Shown: one piece after another, positions 1-8,448 of the stretch | Position numbering within the stretch: position 1 is the stretch's first letter | Layout of the letters: the number at the start of each line of letters is the position of its first letter | Assembly: GCA_964553995.1 (NCBI GenBank) | Contig: CAZKLW010000001.1 | Location: 6,023 to 36,488, forward strand | From: an uncultured archaeon | Lineage (GTDB): Archaea; Nanohalarchaeota; Nanosalinia; Nanosalinales; Nanosalinaceae | Length of the DNA stretch: 30,466 nt | Reading direction: 5' to 3' | Notes under the pieces: generated by a model | Database searches by the model: none | Told to the model about the DNA's origin: nothing | Seen by the model: the letters and a program-made list of their open reading frames with translations, nothing else | Made by a program: the position numbers and the translations under genes

Positions 1-84
1 TTCTATCCTAGAATCGGCCGCAGAAACTGGCTTTGATTGATGTTACTCGTAAGTAATATAAATTTATTTCCGAAGTGAGGCTTC

Positions 85-651
85 ATGGGAGATGAAATCG
101 AAGATTTTGATGGTTATCTAGAAATGCAAGGGTTTGGAGAGTACGCAGACGTTCTAAGAGATTATGAGAGTTTGATTAGGGAAAGGCTACAAACTAAGAA
201 TGTCGATCCCAAGACAACCCTTGCAGGGGCTCTATACGATGCAAAACGCGGTGAAATGACTCAGTCCGAGGTAGCGGTTTTAGCTGAAACCACTGAGGTC
301 AGCATAAGGGACGCTAGGAAGGCAATGGGTTTGCATACCGAAGAGGATCTTGATGTGTTAATGAAAGTCGTGCCTTTTGAGCAGGCCCCTCTACTTGACC
401 GATATGCTAATGATACTTTGGGAGAACCACCTGAAGCAGTGGCCGCTGTTATCCATTCACAAATTCTCGGAAAACCTCTCGAGATAACAGCGGAGTATTT
501 TGAGGTTAGCGAAGAAGAAGTAGAAAGAGCAGAAAGTTGGCTTAAAGAAACCAAAGATGAAGAAGAACTAACTCTGGATGCTGTAAGAAGGCATCTAGAC
601 GAAGTACGCAAAGAATCCTCTGCCTTCAGAGAACTCCTTGAGAAATCTTAG
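85..651 (+). CDS. TFIIB/TFB C-terminal cyclin-repeat-like protein lacking the Zn ribbon
   Basis: 188-aa ORF. PKTTLAGALYDAKRGEMTQSEVAVLAETTEVSIRDAR matches the TFB C-terminal repeat/HTH pattern (P..AAAALY...TQ.EVA..A.VTEVTIR). TATA-like TATAAATTT lies about 25 nt upstream. Confidence 0.6.
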   Translation: MGDEIEDFDGYLEMQGFGEYADVLRDYESLIRERLQTKNVDPKTTLAGALYDAKRGEMTQSEVAVLAETTEVSIRDARKAMGLHTEEDLDVLMKVVPFEQAPLLDRYANDTLGEPPEAVAAVIHSQILGKPLEITAEYFEVSEEEVERAESWLKETKDEEELTLDAVRRHLDEVRKESSAFRELLEKS

Positions 652-667
652 AAGAATTCTAGATTTC
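642..667. repeat. Palindrome GAAATCT(T)AGAA-GAA-TTCTAGATTTC (GAA...TTC hairpin family)
   Basis: 642-648 is the reverse complement of 661-667, and 650-653 pairs with 657-660. It overlaps the ORF stop codon. Confidence 0.6.
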
Positions 668-890
668 CTAGACGTATTTAAATTTTAGACGGTAGATTCT
701 CTTGAAACCTCAAAAGAAGGAGAGAAGGGGAAAGCACAGCAAGGAAGCACGGTGGTTCGTTTATCCCAGGGGCGTCCAGCCCGATTCCCACCGCAGAGTT
801 GGCATAAGGAAAGCAATGCAAAGCATGGCTTTGAGACCTGCTCAATACCGAGAAGGTTGGTTTTCAACAGCCACCCGGTCTAAACTTCAC

Positions 891-2840
891 TCAAGTCTCA
901 AGACCAGCTGGAAACCCTATAACCTTGGTCTCGTATTCCCCACCTTCTCCCGCGGCGTTAAAACCGTGTTCCCGGGAGAGTTCTATCAGTTTCTCGACAG
1001 AGTCATCTTCAAGTTCCCGATCGACCCAGGATTCATCGAGACCCTTCGCCGCAACACCTGTTATCTCGACCTCAAAGCCCTCTCTTACCAGCCACCGCAT
1101 GTAGCTCTCCTGATCGGTCATCCATAGCGGCGCAAAGGTCTTGAGGCCCAGTTGCTCGGCTACCTTCTCGACGCGGTCTCGCTGGTAGGTCGATGCTATC
1201 GCACCCGAGACGACACCTTCCACACCGTATTCTTCTTTCGCTTGCCGAAGAGCTTCCTCAAGATCTTCGAGTTCCTTCTCCTTTTCTCCCTCGGTCTCCC
1301 GTATCAAGAGCGGTATCCCGAGTTTCTCTGCCTGTTCCTCGACCACGGATTCCGCCTTCTTCACGTCGAACATGTAGCTTTCCGTGTTTTCAGATCGAAT
1401 GGTGGCGAGACAGGAGATCTCACTGTTTCTCTTCTTCATCCTGTATAGAGCGGCATTCGAATCCTTTCCTCCAGAGGTCAAAGCCGCGAGCCGGTGGTTA
1501 GGCTTATTCCTAAGCGTGTTAAGGTAACTCTGCTTGGATTCGAACTCGTCATCTTTACCAAGCCTTGCGATCGCCTTATCAAAGTTGCTGCCGTACTGTG
1601 CCGCGGTCTTTTCACGCCAAGCAACTTCTTCCGGGACGCCAAGCTTCTCCGCCACAAGCCTCAGGACGTACTTCCGATAGTCTTGGCTGACCTTGTGTTC
1701 ACCGGGGATGGTAAGCGCATGCTCCACGAGTTCTTGGTCCAGGAAGGGAACTCGGAGCTCAAGGCCGTTTCTCATTGAAACCACATCGTCCCTGTAGAGA
1801 TCACGCTCGAAGAGGCCTCGTAGACCGGAGAGGCACTCCTGGTTGTAATAATTCTCCTTCATTCTTGAGTAACCGGCGTAAAGCTGCTCCGACCCCAGAC
1901 CGGAGAACACCACTTTCTGATCTGCATGTTGCAGCGCGAAGTGAAAAGGTAGCGCAACGCCGAGCTTGACTGTTGAGGTTGAAGATATCCATTCCGCAAG
2001 CTCAGGTAGCATCTCTTCTACATCCTCCAGGTCGGCTTCGTAGCTCTCCAGTTCAAGCCCCATATCCCTTGCTACCTCTTCCGCCCATTCAACGTCCCGG
2101 GGCGCATTCACGTTGCCGTGCTGGATGCCCGCAGTGTAACAGGTGAAATCCTTCCCGAGCTCCTGTAATGCGGCCGCCACCATGGTGGAGTCCAGACCCC
2201 CCGAGAAAAGCAGCGCAACTTCACCTTCGGGAATTCTCTTCTCAACTGCCGACAGGAAAAGTTCTTTTATCTCCTCGGCAGCAGCATCCAAGTCTTTGTC
2301 CTCGACATCGAGATCAAAGAACTCCCGCTGTTCAAAACTTATCTCTCCCGATTCAGTGTCGTACCTTAGCATCTGCCGCGGATGAAGCTCCCGTGGTTCA
2401 AGACCCGCCCTCTCGAGCGCCTGTTTTTCCGAGGCAAAGGCGAAGGGATCGCGGGAATACCAGATCGGTTTGATCCCTAAAAGGTCGCGGGCCAGAATTA
2501 CCTCTTCATTACTATAATAGGCGAGTGCGTAAACCCCATCCAGTCCTTCAAGAGCCCCGAGACCTTTGCTGTCCAGCAACTCCAGGAGAAGCTCGGCATC
2601 GTTCCTGACATCTATTTGATGCTTATCCGCCATTTCCCACCAGTTGTAGATCTCACAGTTCGCCGTGAGTGTTCCCTCTCCACGAACAGGCTGTTCTACG
2701 TGGCCTACGACAGGATGCAGGACGTGACCAATCGAGAAATCTTCGAACTCTTTGAGCCCGGAACTCCGTCCCCTATGCTCTAGCTCTTCGACAAGCTGCT
2801 CGACCATTTCCTGGCTTCCTGCTCCGGCTATACCGCACAT
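891..2840 (-). CDS. Fusion of an asparagine synthetase B-like protein (Ntn glutaminase + PP-loop domain) and diphthine-ammonia ligase (Dph6-like)
   Basis: N-terminal MCGIAG, HRG, N(C)EIYN, ARDLLGIKPIWY, FASEK, SGGLDS, LELRVPFLD. The C-terminal ~200 aa carry SGGKDS, SYMF, GAIASTYQRDRVE, FAPLW and GEGGEYET, typical of Dph6/PF01902. Confidence 0.9.
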   Translation of the reverse strand: MCGIAGAGSQEMVEQLVEELEHRGRSSGLKEFEDFSIGHVLHPVVGHVEQPVRGEGTLTANCEIYNWWEMADKHQIDVRNDAELLLELLDSKGLGALEGLDGVYALAYYSNEEVILARDLLGIKPIWYSRDPFAFASEKQALERAGLEPRELHPRQMLRYDTESGEISFEQREFFDLDVEDKDLDAAAEEIKELFLSAVEKRIPEGEVALLFSGGLDSTMVAAALQELGKDFTCYTAGIQHGNVNAPRDVEWAEEVARDMGLELESYEADLEDVEEMLPELAEWISSTSTVKLGVALPFHFALQHADQKVVFSGLGSEQLYAGYSRMKENYYNQECLSGLRGLFERDLYRDDVVSMRNGLELRVPFLDQELVEHALTIPGEHKVSQDYRKYVLRLVAEKLGVPEEVAWREKTAAQYGSNFDKAIARLGKDDEFESKQSYLNTLRNKPNHRLAALTSGGKDSNAALYRMKKRNSEISCLATIRSENTESYMFDVKKAESVVEEQAEKLGIPLLIRETEGEKEKELEDLEEALRQAKEEYGVEGVVSGAIASTYQRDRVEKVAEQLGLKTFAPLWMTDQESYMRWLVREGFEVEITGVAAKGLDESWVDRELEDDSVEKLIELSREHGFNAAGEGGEYETKVIGFPAGLET

Positions 2841-3629
2841 TTATTCCACCTCGTAATCGGCCGCAAAGTCACTGATCTCGCGCTGGCTCGTGTCAAGTGT
2901 CTCGTAGCTCGCTATCACGTCTTCCATCTCGACTTCAACGAACTCGAGGTCTCGCTCTTCAAGGTAGGCCAGCACCTTATCCGTCATTTTGGGGGCGACC
3001 AGTATTCCCCTAACGTTGTTCCGGAAGTCGTCTTCGATCTCGTCGACGTAACGCTGGAGCTGGAGCACCGTGTTGTAGTCGGGATTCCGCTTGACCTCGA
3101 TAACAACGTAGTTGTTCTCGGAATCGCGGGCGAATACGTCTATAAAGCCGGCTGGCGTCTCCCTCTCCCTCTCAATTACCTTGAGACCTTCCTCGACTAT
3201 CTCCGGATCGGTCTCTATCGACTCATGGATATCGATCTCGTGTCCACGAATCTTGAGATCTGATTTATCGATGAGTTTGTCGACCATGAGGAAATCGACT
3301 GACTCGAAACGGATCTCAACTTTTTCCTCAGGCGAACTTCTCAGTGCCTCGAGCACAAGCTCATCCGTGTCTTCGTCGATCTCAACGTTGAAAGAATCGA
3401 CCTCGGGCTGCCAGTTCTTGGGCTGGTAGTTGTCCGGGCCATGCACCAGAAGAGCGGAATCCTGTTTCTTGATCACCAAGCGCTCGCCCCTATCGAGTTT
3501 CGACTTCGCCCGGCCCTGGTAACTAACCGAGCAGAGCCCGTTAACCTGAACCGTGTACTTCCGGGAAAGGTACTTTTCCATTAGCTCTCGTGCCTCGGTA
3601 AAGGATGGATTTTCTACAAGTTCTTCCAT
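2841..3629 (-). CDS. nucS: Endonuclease NucS/EndoMS
   Basis: CSVSYQGRAKSKLDRGERLVIKKQDSALLVH, PKNWQP and the RecB-like nuclease motif GFIDVFARD...VVIEVKR...QLQRY. Confidence 0.93.
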   Translation of the reverse strand: MEELVENPSFTEARELMEKYLSRKYTVQVNGLCSVSYQGRAKSKLDRGERLVIKKQDSALLVHGPDNYQPKNWQPEVDSFNVEIDEDTDELVLEALRSSPEEKVEIRFESVDFLMVDKLIDKSDLKIRGHEIDIHESIETDPEIVEEGLKVIERERETPAGFIDVFARDSENNYVVIEVKRNPDYNTVLQLQRYVDEIEDDFRNNVRGILVAPKMTDKVLAYLEERDLEFVEVEMEDVIASYETLDTSQREISDFAADYEVE

Positions 3630-3644
3630 GAAGGGAAGAAAAAT

Positions 3645-4103
3645 CTAAATCTTCAAGTAAACTTCTGTTCCTATTCCGTATTCCTCATCACCAGTTTCTA
3701 TCCGGCTACCTTCCAGTCTATCCAACCAGTATTCAGCATCAGACCCCATTTCCTCAAACACATCTTCAGTCAACTCCATAGTAGATTGCTCTCCCGTGGC
3801 GGCTTTCAATTGGGCGTTTGACTTCAATACATCGAAAGCCTCCTTTTCCGATCTCAATTCCGGACGCTCATGGAGTACTTCAGCTCCCTCAAGTTCCCTA
3901 GAAGTGTCAATATCCGAAGTTATGCCTTCCCCCAGCTTGAAGACCGCCTCTGTCTGCATGGTCTTGGAACGATGGATGGAAGTCGGCCGGACTCCGAGTT
4001 CTTCATAATCTGTCAAATCCGGTTCGATATCACCAGCCATCTGGCAGTATTTTACCACTTCTGCAAGCAACCCGTGGAGGTGGATCAGCTCCTGTTTCTT
4101 CAT
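3645..4103 (-). CDS. UPF0058 family protein with C-terminal extension
   Basis: MKKQELIHLHGLLAEV and PTSIHRSK match haloarchaeal-type UPF0058. Start set at the ATG at 4103. Confidence 0.75.
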   Translation of the reverse strand: MKKQELIHLHGLLAEVVKYCQMAGDIEPDLTDYEELGVRPTSIHRSKTMQTEAVFKLGEGITSDIDTSRELEGAEVLHERPELRSEKEAFDVLKSNAQLKAATGEQSTMELTEDVFEEMGSDAEYWLDRLEGSRIETGDEEYGIGTEVYLKI

Positions 4104-4180
4104 ACATTGTTCTTGGTCACTAAAAGATAAAACGGCCACGGATCAGAAGCCATAAAAGCCTGAAATATGAGGTCAAAAAC

Positions 4181-4864
4181 ATGGATTATAGGATTAAAGA
4201 CCTTCCCAGAAGCGATAGACCAAGGGAAAAGCTCAGGAAAAACGGTATTTCCGGTCTTACAGATGTAGAACTTCTTTCAATTATGCTAAGAACCGGTATA
4301 AAGGGCAAAAACGTCAAGGAGCTGGCAGCGGAGATACTAGGGAGTTACTCTCTGGACCGGCTGGCGGATAGATCGCTTGAGGAACTCCAGGGATTCAAGG
4401 GTGTATCGGAAGTGAAGGCCGGACAGTTGATCGCGCTGGGCGAACTTGCCAGGAGGACCAAGAGGGAAGAGCGGGAAAGGATCGAGTCATTCAGTGACGT
4501 GAAGTCCCGGGTCGAAGACATGAAGTTTCTCGAGGAAGAAAGATTGAGGATTTTCCACCTGAACTCAGGCAATGAGCTGCTAGCCGAAGAGGATCTCGAA
4601 GGAGGTGTAGATTCCGTAAGTTTTGAGCCACGGAAGATCTTCAGGAACGCGATACGTAAGGGTGCCTCTGCGGTAGTGATCGCGCACAACCATCCCTCGG
4701 GAAACCCACAACCGACCGAACAGGATATTGAGGTCACAGAGCAGCTCATCGAGGCAGGGAATACCGTCGGAGTTGAACTACTTGATCACGTGATTGTTGG
4801 GAAGGAGACCTCCAGTATTAGGAGCTGTGGATCGGCTGAAATCTGGGATCAGGAGCCCCTTTAA
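4181..4864 (+). CDS. radC: RadC / UPF0758 JAB-domain protein
   Basis: DRPREKL, LTDVELLSIMLRTG, HhH region GVSEVKAGQL, AHNHPSGNPQPTEQD and LLDHVIVG. Confidence 0.92.
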   Translation: MDYRIKDLPRSDRPREKLRKNGISGLTDVELLSIMLRTGIKGKNVKELAAEILGSYSLDRLADRSLEELQGFKGVSEVKAGQLIALGELARRTKREERERIESFSDVKSRVEDMKFLEEERLRIFHLNSGNELLAEEDLEGGVDSVSFEPRKIFRNAIRKGASAVVIAHNHPSGNPQPTEQDIEVTEQLIEAGNTVGVELLDHVIVGKETSSIRSCGSAEIWDQEPL

Positions 4865-4889
4865 TAGTTTTCGGTGCAGCCGCACCACC

Positions 4890-4897
4890 TATTTAAA
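4890..4897 (+). promoter_or_regulatory. TATA box upstream of the rpo operon
   Basis: TATTTAAA about 50 nt upstream of rpoH, immediately after a GGTGC-AGCC-GCACC hairpin (4873-4886). Confidence 0.5.
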
Positions 4898-4948
4898 GGT
4901 TACTGGATCGATTTTTACTGTAAGCTTTTCTCCCGAGTGAGATCAATC

Positions 4949-5185
4949 ATGGCCATGGACATCACCGACCACGAAGCCGTTCCTCAGCACAGGAAACTTG
5001 ACGAAGACGAGGCTGAAGAGGTTCTGGAAAAACATGGCGCGGAAAGATCCGATCTCCCGAAGATCGAGAGAACAGATGCCGCACTAAAACAGATGGACGT
5101 CGAAGAGGGAGACGTCATAGAAATCCTGCGGGAAAGCCCTACCGCGGGAGAGACAACATATTACAGGGTAGTCGTCGATAGGTGA
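4949..5185 (+). CDS. rpoH: RNA polymerase subunit H (Rpo5)
   Basis: HEAVPQHRKL, LPKIERTDAA, GDVIEILRESPTAGETTYYRVV. Start moved to ATG 4949 (ATG 4955 is an alternative). Confidence 0.95.
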   Translation: MAMDITDHEAVPQHRKLDEDEAEEVLEKHGAERSDLPKIERTDAALKQMDVEEGDVIEILRESPTAGETTYYRVVVDR

Positions 5186-5191
5186 TAATCA

Positions 5192-6643
5192 ATTCAGGAA
5201 GAATTCCTCTCCCAGCTAGTAGAGAACAATCTCGTAAAGCACCAGATCGAATCCTACAACAGATTCGTTGAAGAACGTGTACAGGCAATTCTAAACGATG
5301 TTGGTGAGATCGAACCCGAGCTACCGGGAGGAGAGGAACTCGTTATCAAGATAGTGGGCGTAAACATAGAGAGACCACATATAAACGAGGCAGATGGTTC
5401 TGTAAGAAAGATTCTACCAAAAGAGGCCCGCATGAGAGATACCACTTATTCAAGCGAGATAAAGGTCGAGATGACACCCATATTCGAGGGAGTGCAGCAG
5501 GAATCCGAAGAGGTCACCATAGGCGAAATCCCGGTGATGATCGGGAGCGACCTCTGCTGGACCTCGGAAATGGGAGAGGAAGAAAAGAGGGAGGCAGGTG
5601 AAGACCCCAGGGATCCAGGAGGATACTTCATAATCAATGGTTCGGAAAAGACACTGATCTGCATGGAGGAGATGGTCAACAACAAGCCGATCTACCTTCA
5701 GGACGATGACGAGGAAACATGCCGTATCAACTCGGAAAACTCAGGTTATGTCCAGCGCCACATTCTGAGGCGTGACAGCGACATAATCAATATCTCGTTT
5801 GCCAATGTCAAGAAGACTCCAGCGGTATCACTTATCAGAGCCCTGGGAATTGAAACCGACAAGGAGATAGTGGAGATGATAGGTGAAGAGTACTCAAGTG
5901 ACGTATACCTCAACATGTACGAGGTCGGGGCGAGCGACCAAGAAGAAGCTTACGAGTATCTTGCCAACCAGGCAGGAATAACCAACGATATCGAGGAACG
6001 GGTCGACTCAATACTTGACGAGTACCTGCTACCACACCTCGGACAGGACCCGGAGGTAAGGGAAGAAAAGGCAGAGTTCCTCGTGGAGATGATAAGAAAC
6101 CTGATAGCTCTCGGAAAGGGAGATATTGAACCTGACGACATGGATCACTACGCCAACAAGAGACTGAATCTCGCGGGAGAACTGCTGGAGATGCAGTTCC
6201 GGAGCGTTTTCCTCGGTAAATGGGGCCTGCTCGCGAGAATGAAGTACAACTTCAGGAAGTCCGCGAAACGTGGGAGGCTGCCTTCCCTGCAGTCCACAAT
6301 TGTGGCGGATACGCTCACGAAACAGATCATGGGTGCGATGGCAACGGGCAACTGGGTGGGAGGCCGCACCGGTATATGCCAGAGGCTGGAGCGCGGCAAC
6401 CGTATAAAGACCCTGGCACATCTCAGGAACATCGTTTCCCCTCTTTCAAGTGATAGACAGCATTTCGAAGCCCGGGACCTCCATCCGACTCAGTGGGGTC
6501 GCGTCTGCCCCATCAAGACCCCGGAGGGAATGAACATCGGACTCAGGACACACCTTGCGATGAGCGCCAACGTTTCCACCGGTCTCAGCGAGATGAAGAG
6601 AAACTCTCTAAAAGCCAAGCTACAGGAGGCTGGAATCGAGTAA
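5192..6643 (+). CDS. rpoB2: RNA polymerase subunit B'' (Rpo2 N-terminal part); probable ATT start
   Basis: The frame is open from 5189 and encodes the conserved LVKHQIESYNRF, well upstream of the called GTG at 5354. AGGTGA (5180-5185) lies 6 nt before ATT at 5192. Downstream motifs: DPGGYFIINGSEK, HYANKRL, ARDLHPTQWGRVCPIKTPEG. Confidence 0.9.
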   Translation: MQEEFLSQLVENNLVKHQIESYNRFVEERVQAILNDVGEIEPELPGGEELVIKIVGVNIERPHINEADGSVRKILPKEARMRDTTYSSEIKVEMTPIFEGVQQESEEVTIGEIPVMIGSDLCWTSEMGEEEKREAGEDPRDPGGYFIINGSEKTLICMEEMVNNKPIYLQDDDEETCRINSENSGYVQRHILRRDSDIINISFANVKKTPAVSLIRALGIETDKEIVEMIGEEYSSDVYLNMYEVGASDQEEAYEYLANQAGITNDIEERVDSILDEYLLPHLGQDPEVREEKAEFLVEMIRNLIALGKGDIEPDDMDHYANKRLNLAGELLEMQFRSVFLGKWGLLARMKYNFRKSAKRGRLPSLQSTIVADTLTKQIMGAMATGNWVGGRTGICQRLERGNRIKTLAHLRNIVSPLSSDRQHFEARDLHPTQWGRVCPIKTPEGMNIGLRTHLAMSANVSTGLSEMKRNSLKAKLQEAGIE

Positions 6644-6644
6644 A

Positions 6645-8447
6645 ATGAGTGCCACAGTATTTCTGGACGGACAGATAATAGGGGAAGTCGAAAACCCGGA
6701 AGAGGTAAGAGAAGATATAATCGAGAAACGGAGAAACGGGGATATACGGAAAGAAGTCTCCGTTTACCATGCTGAAGATCGGGAAGAACTAAAGATAAAT
6801 TCGGATTCTGGACGTGTACAGCGACCTGTAATAATAGTTGAAGATGGAGAATCACAGCTGGGAGAAGAACAGCGAGAGAAGCTCAAGAAGGGAGAGATAT
6901 CGCTTGAGAATCTGGAAGAAGAAGGTGTTATAGAATACCTGGATGCTGAAGAGGAAGAGAACGCCTATGTCGCGATGGACGAAGAAGAATTGACGGACGA
7001 ACACACACATATGGAGGTTGATCCTGCTATAACCCACGGCCTGTCAGCCTCACTCGTGGTCTACCCGGAGAACAACAGGGGAGACCGTGTCAACTTCGGT
7101 GCCAAGATGAGCGGCCAGGGAATAGGAATGTACTCGCGGGAATTCCACCAGCGATTCGATACCAACGCAAACATTCTTTCCTACCCCCAGCAGCCTATTG
7201 TCGAGACACAGACATACGATACACTTCTCGGCGATCACCCCATCGGCCAGAACATGATCGTGGCACTTGGAACTTTCGAGGGTTACAACATCGAGGACGC
7301 GGTCGTGATGAACAAGGCCTCAATCGAGAGAGGGCTCGCCAGATCTACGTACCTCAGGACATACAAGACAGAAGGCCAGCGCTACTGGGGCGGACAGAAG
7401 GATGAAATTGAGATACCCGACAAGGATGTAAGAGGATACAGGAACGAGGAAGCCTACACCCATCTGGATGAGGACGGTATAATCAACCCGGAAACCCCGG
7501 TTGAATCTGACGATGTACTGGTTGGAAAGACCTCGCCTCCCAAGTTCTTGGGAAGTGGGGGCGGCGAGGAAGTCAAGATGGGTCTCGCAGACAGGAGAGA
7601 GACCTCTCTATCTGTCAGGCACGGTGAACAGGGCAAGGTAGATACTGTCATGGTATCGGAGACTGGTGACGGCGACAAACTGCTAAAACTGAAGATGAGG
7701 GAGTACAGGATCCCTGAACTCGGTGACAAGTTCGCTACACGTCACGGACAGAAAGGAGTTATAGGGATGATCGCGCCCGAGGAAGACCTTCCTTTCACAA
7801 AACAGGGTATTACCCCGGACATAATACTTTCAACACATGCTATCCCGAGCCGTATGACAGTTTCACAGCTGATAGAAATCCTCGCGGGAAAGACTGCCGC
7901 GATGAGAGGCGAGAAAGTGGACGGCACGGCGTTCCACAACGAGGACAAGGACGACCTCAAGGAGCAACTGGAAGAACTTGGTTTCTCTTCGACAGGTAAA
8001 GAAAAGATGTACGACGGGATAACAGGAGAGGAACTTGAAGCTGAAATCATGATAGGTCCTGGCTACTACCTGAAGCTCGACCACCAGGTAGGCGACAAGA
8101 TTCACGCCCGTGCAAGAGGACCGGTGACATTGCTCACAAAGCAGCCTACCGAGGGACGATCACAGGAAGGAGGTCTACGCCTCGGGGAGATGGAAAACGA
8201 TGTAATGGTGGCGCATGGAGCATCACTGCTCCTGAAGGAGCGTTTCGGCGCTGACTCCACCGAGATAAAGGTATGTGAAAACTGCGGAGAGATAGGAGTA
8301 TACGACAGACAGGAAAACAGGAGCTACTGTCCTTCATGTGACGCTGGAGATCTCTCTGAAACCGAGGTGCCACACGCATTCCTGCTGCTTCTAAACGAGC
8401 TGAAATCACTTATGATAGATACTGAACTCGAATTGGAGGAGGACTGA
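6645..8447 (+). CDS. rpoB1: RNA polymerase subunit B' (Rpo2 C-terminal part)
   Basis: GYNIEDAV, GDKFATRHGQKG, PSRMT, QPTEGRSQEGGLRLGEME and the C-terminal Zn finger CENC...CPSC. Confidence 0.97.
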   Translation: MSATVFLDGQIIGEVENPEEVREDIIEKRRNGDIRKEVSVYHAEDREELKINSDSGRVQRPVIIVEDGESQLGEEQREKLKKGEISLENLEEEGVIEYLDAEEEENAYVAMDEEELTDEHTHMEVDPAITHGLSASLVVYPENNRGDRVNFGAKMSGQGIGMYSREFHQRFDTNANILSYPQQPIVETQTYDTLLGDHPIGQNMIVALGTFEGYNIEDAVVMNKASIERGLARSTYLRTYKTEGQRYWGGQKDEIEIPDKDVRGYRNEEAYTHLDEDGIINPETPVESDDVLVGKTSPPKFLGSGGGEEVKMGLADRRETSLSVRHGEQGKVDTVMVSETGDGDKLLKLKMREYRIPELGDKFATRHGQKGVIGMIAPEEDLPFTKQGITPDIILSTHAIPSRMTVSQLIEILAGKTAAMRGEKVDGTAFHNEDKDDLKEQLEELGFSSTGKEKMYDGITGEELEAEIMIGPGYYLKLDHQVGDKIHARARGPVTLLTKQPTEGRSQEGGLRLGEMENDVMVAHGASLLLKERFGADSTEIKVCENCGEIGVYDRQENRSYCPSCDAGDLSETEVPHAFLLLLNELKSLMIDTELELEED

Positions 8448-8448
8448 G

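Noticed and set aside
700-890. RNase P or SRP RNA
   Set aside because: ACAG..CCCGG and GGAAGCA resemble the conserved words, but there is no P4 partner strand and no CAGG/GNRA helix 8, so neither can be supported.
702-1127. 141-aa plus-strand ORF
   Set aside because: TTG start, basic composition unlike this proteome, and half of it is antisense to the Dph6 domain.
4949-6643. RpoH-RpoB'' read-through fusion (both are in the same frame)
   Set aside because: Two consecutive stops (TGA TAA) separate them, and an SD plus ATT explains independent initiation better.
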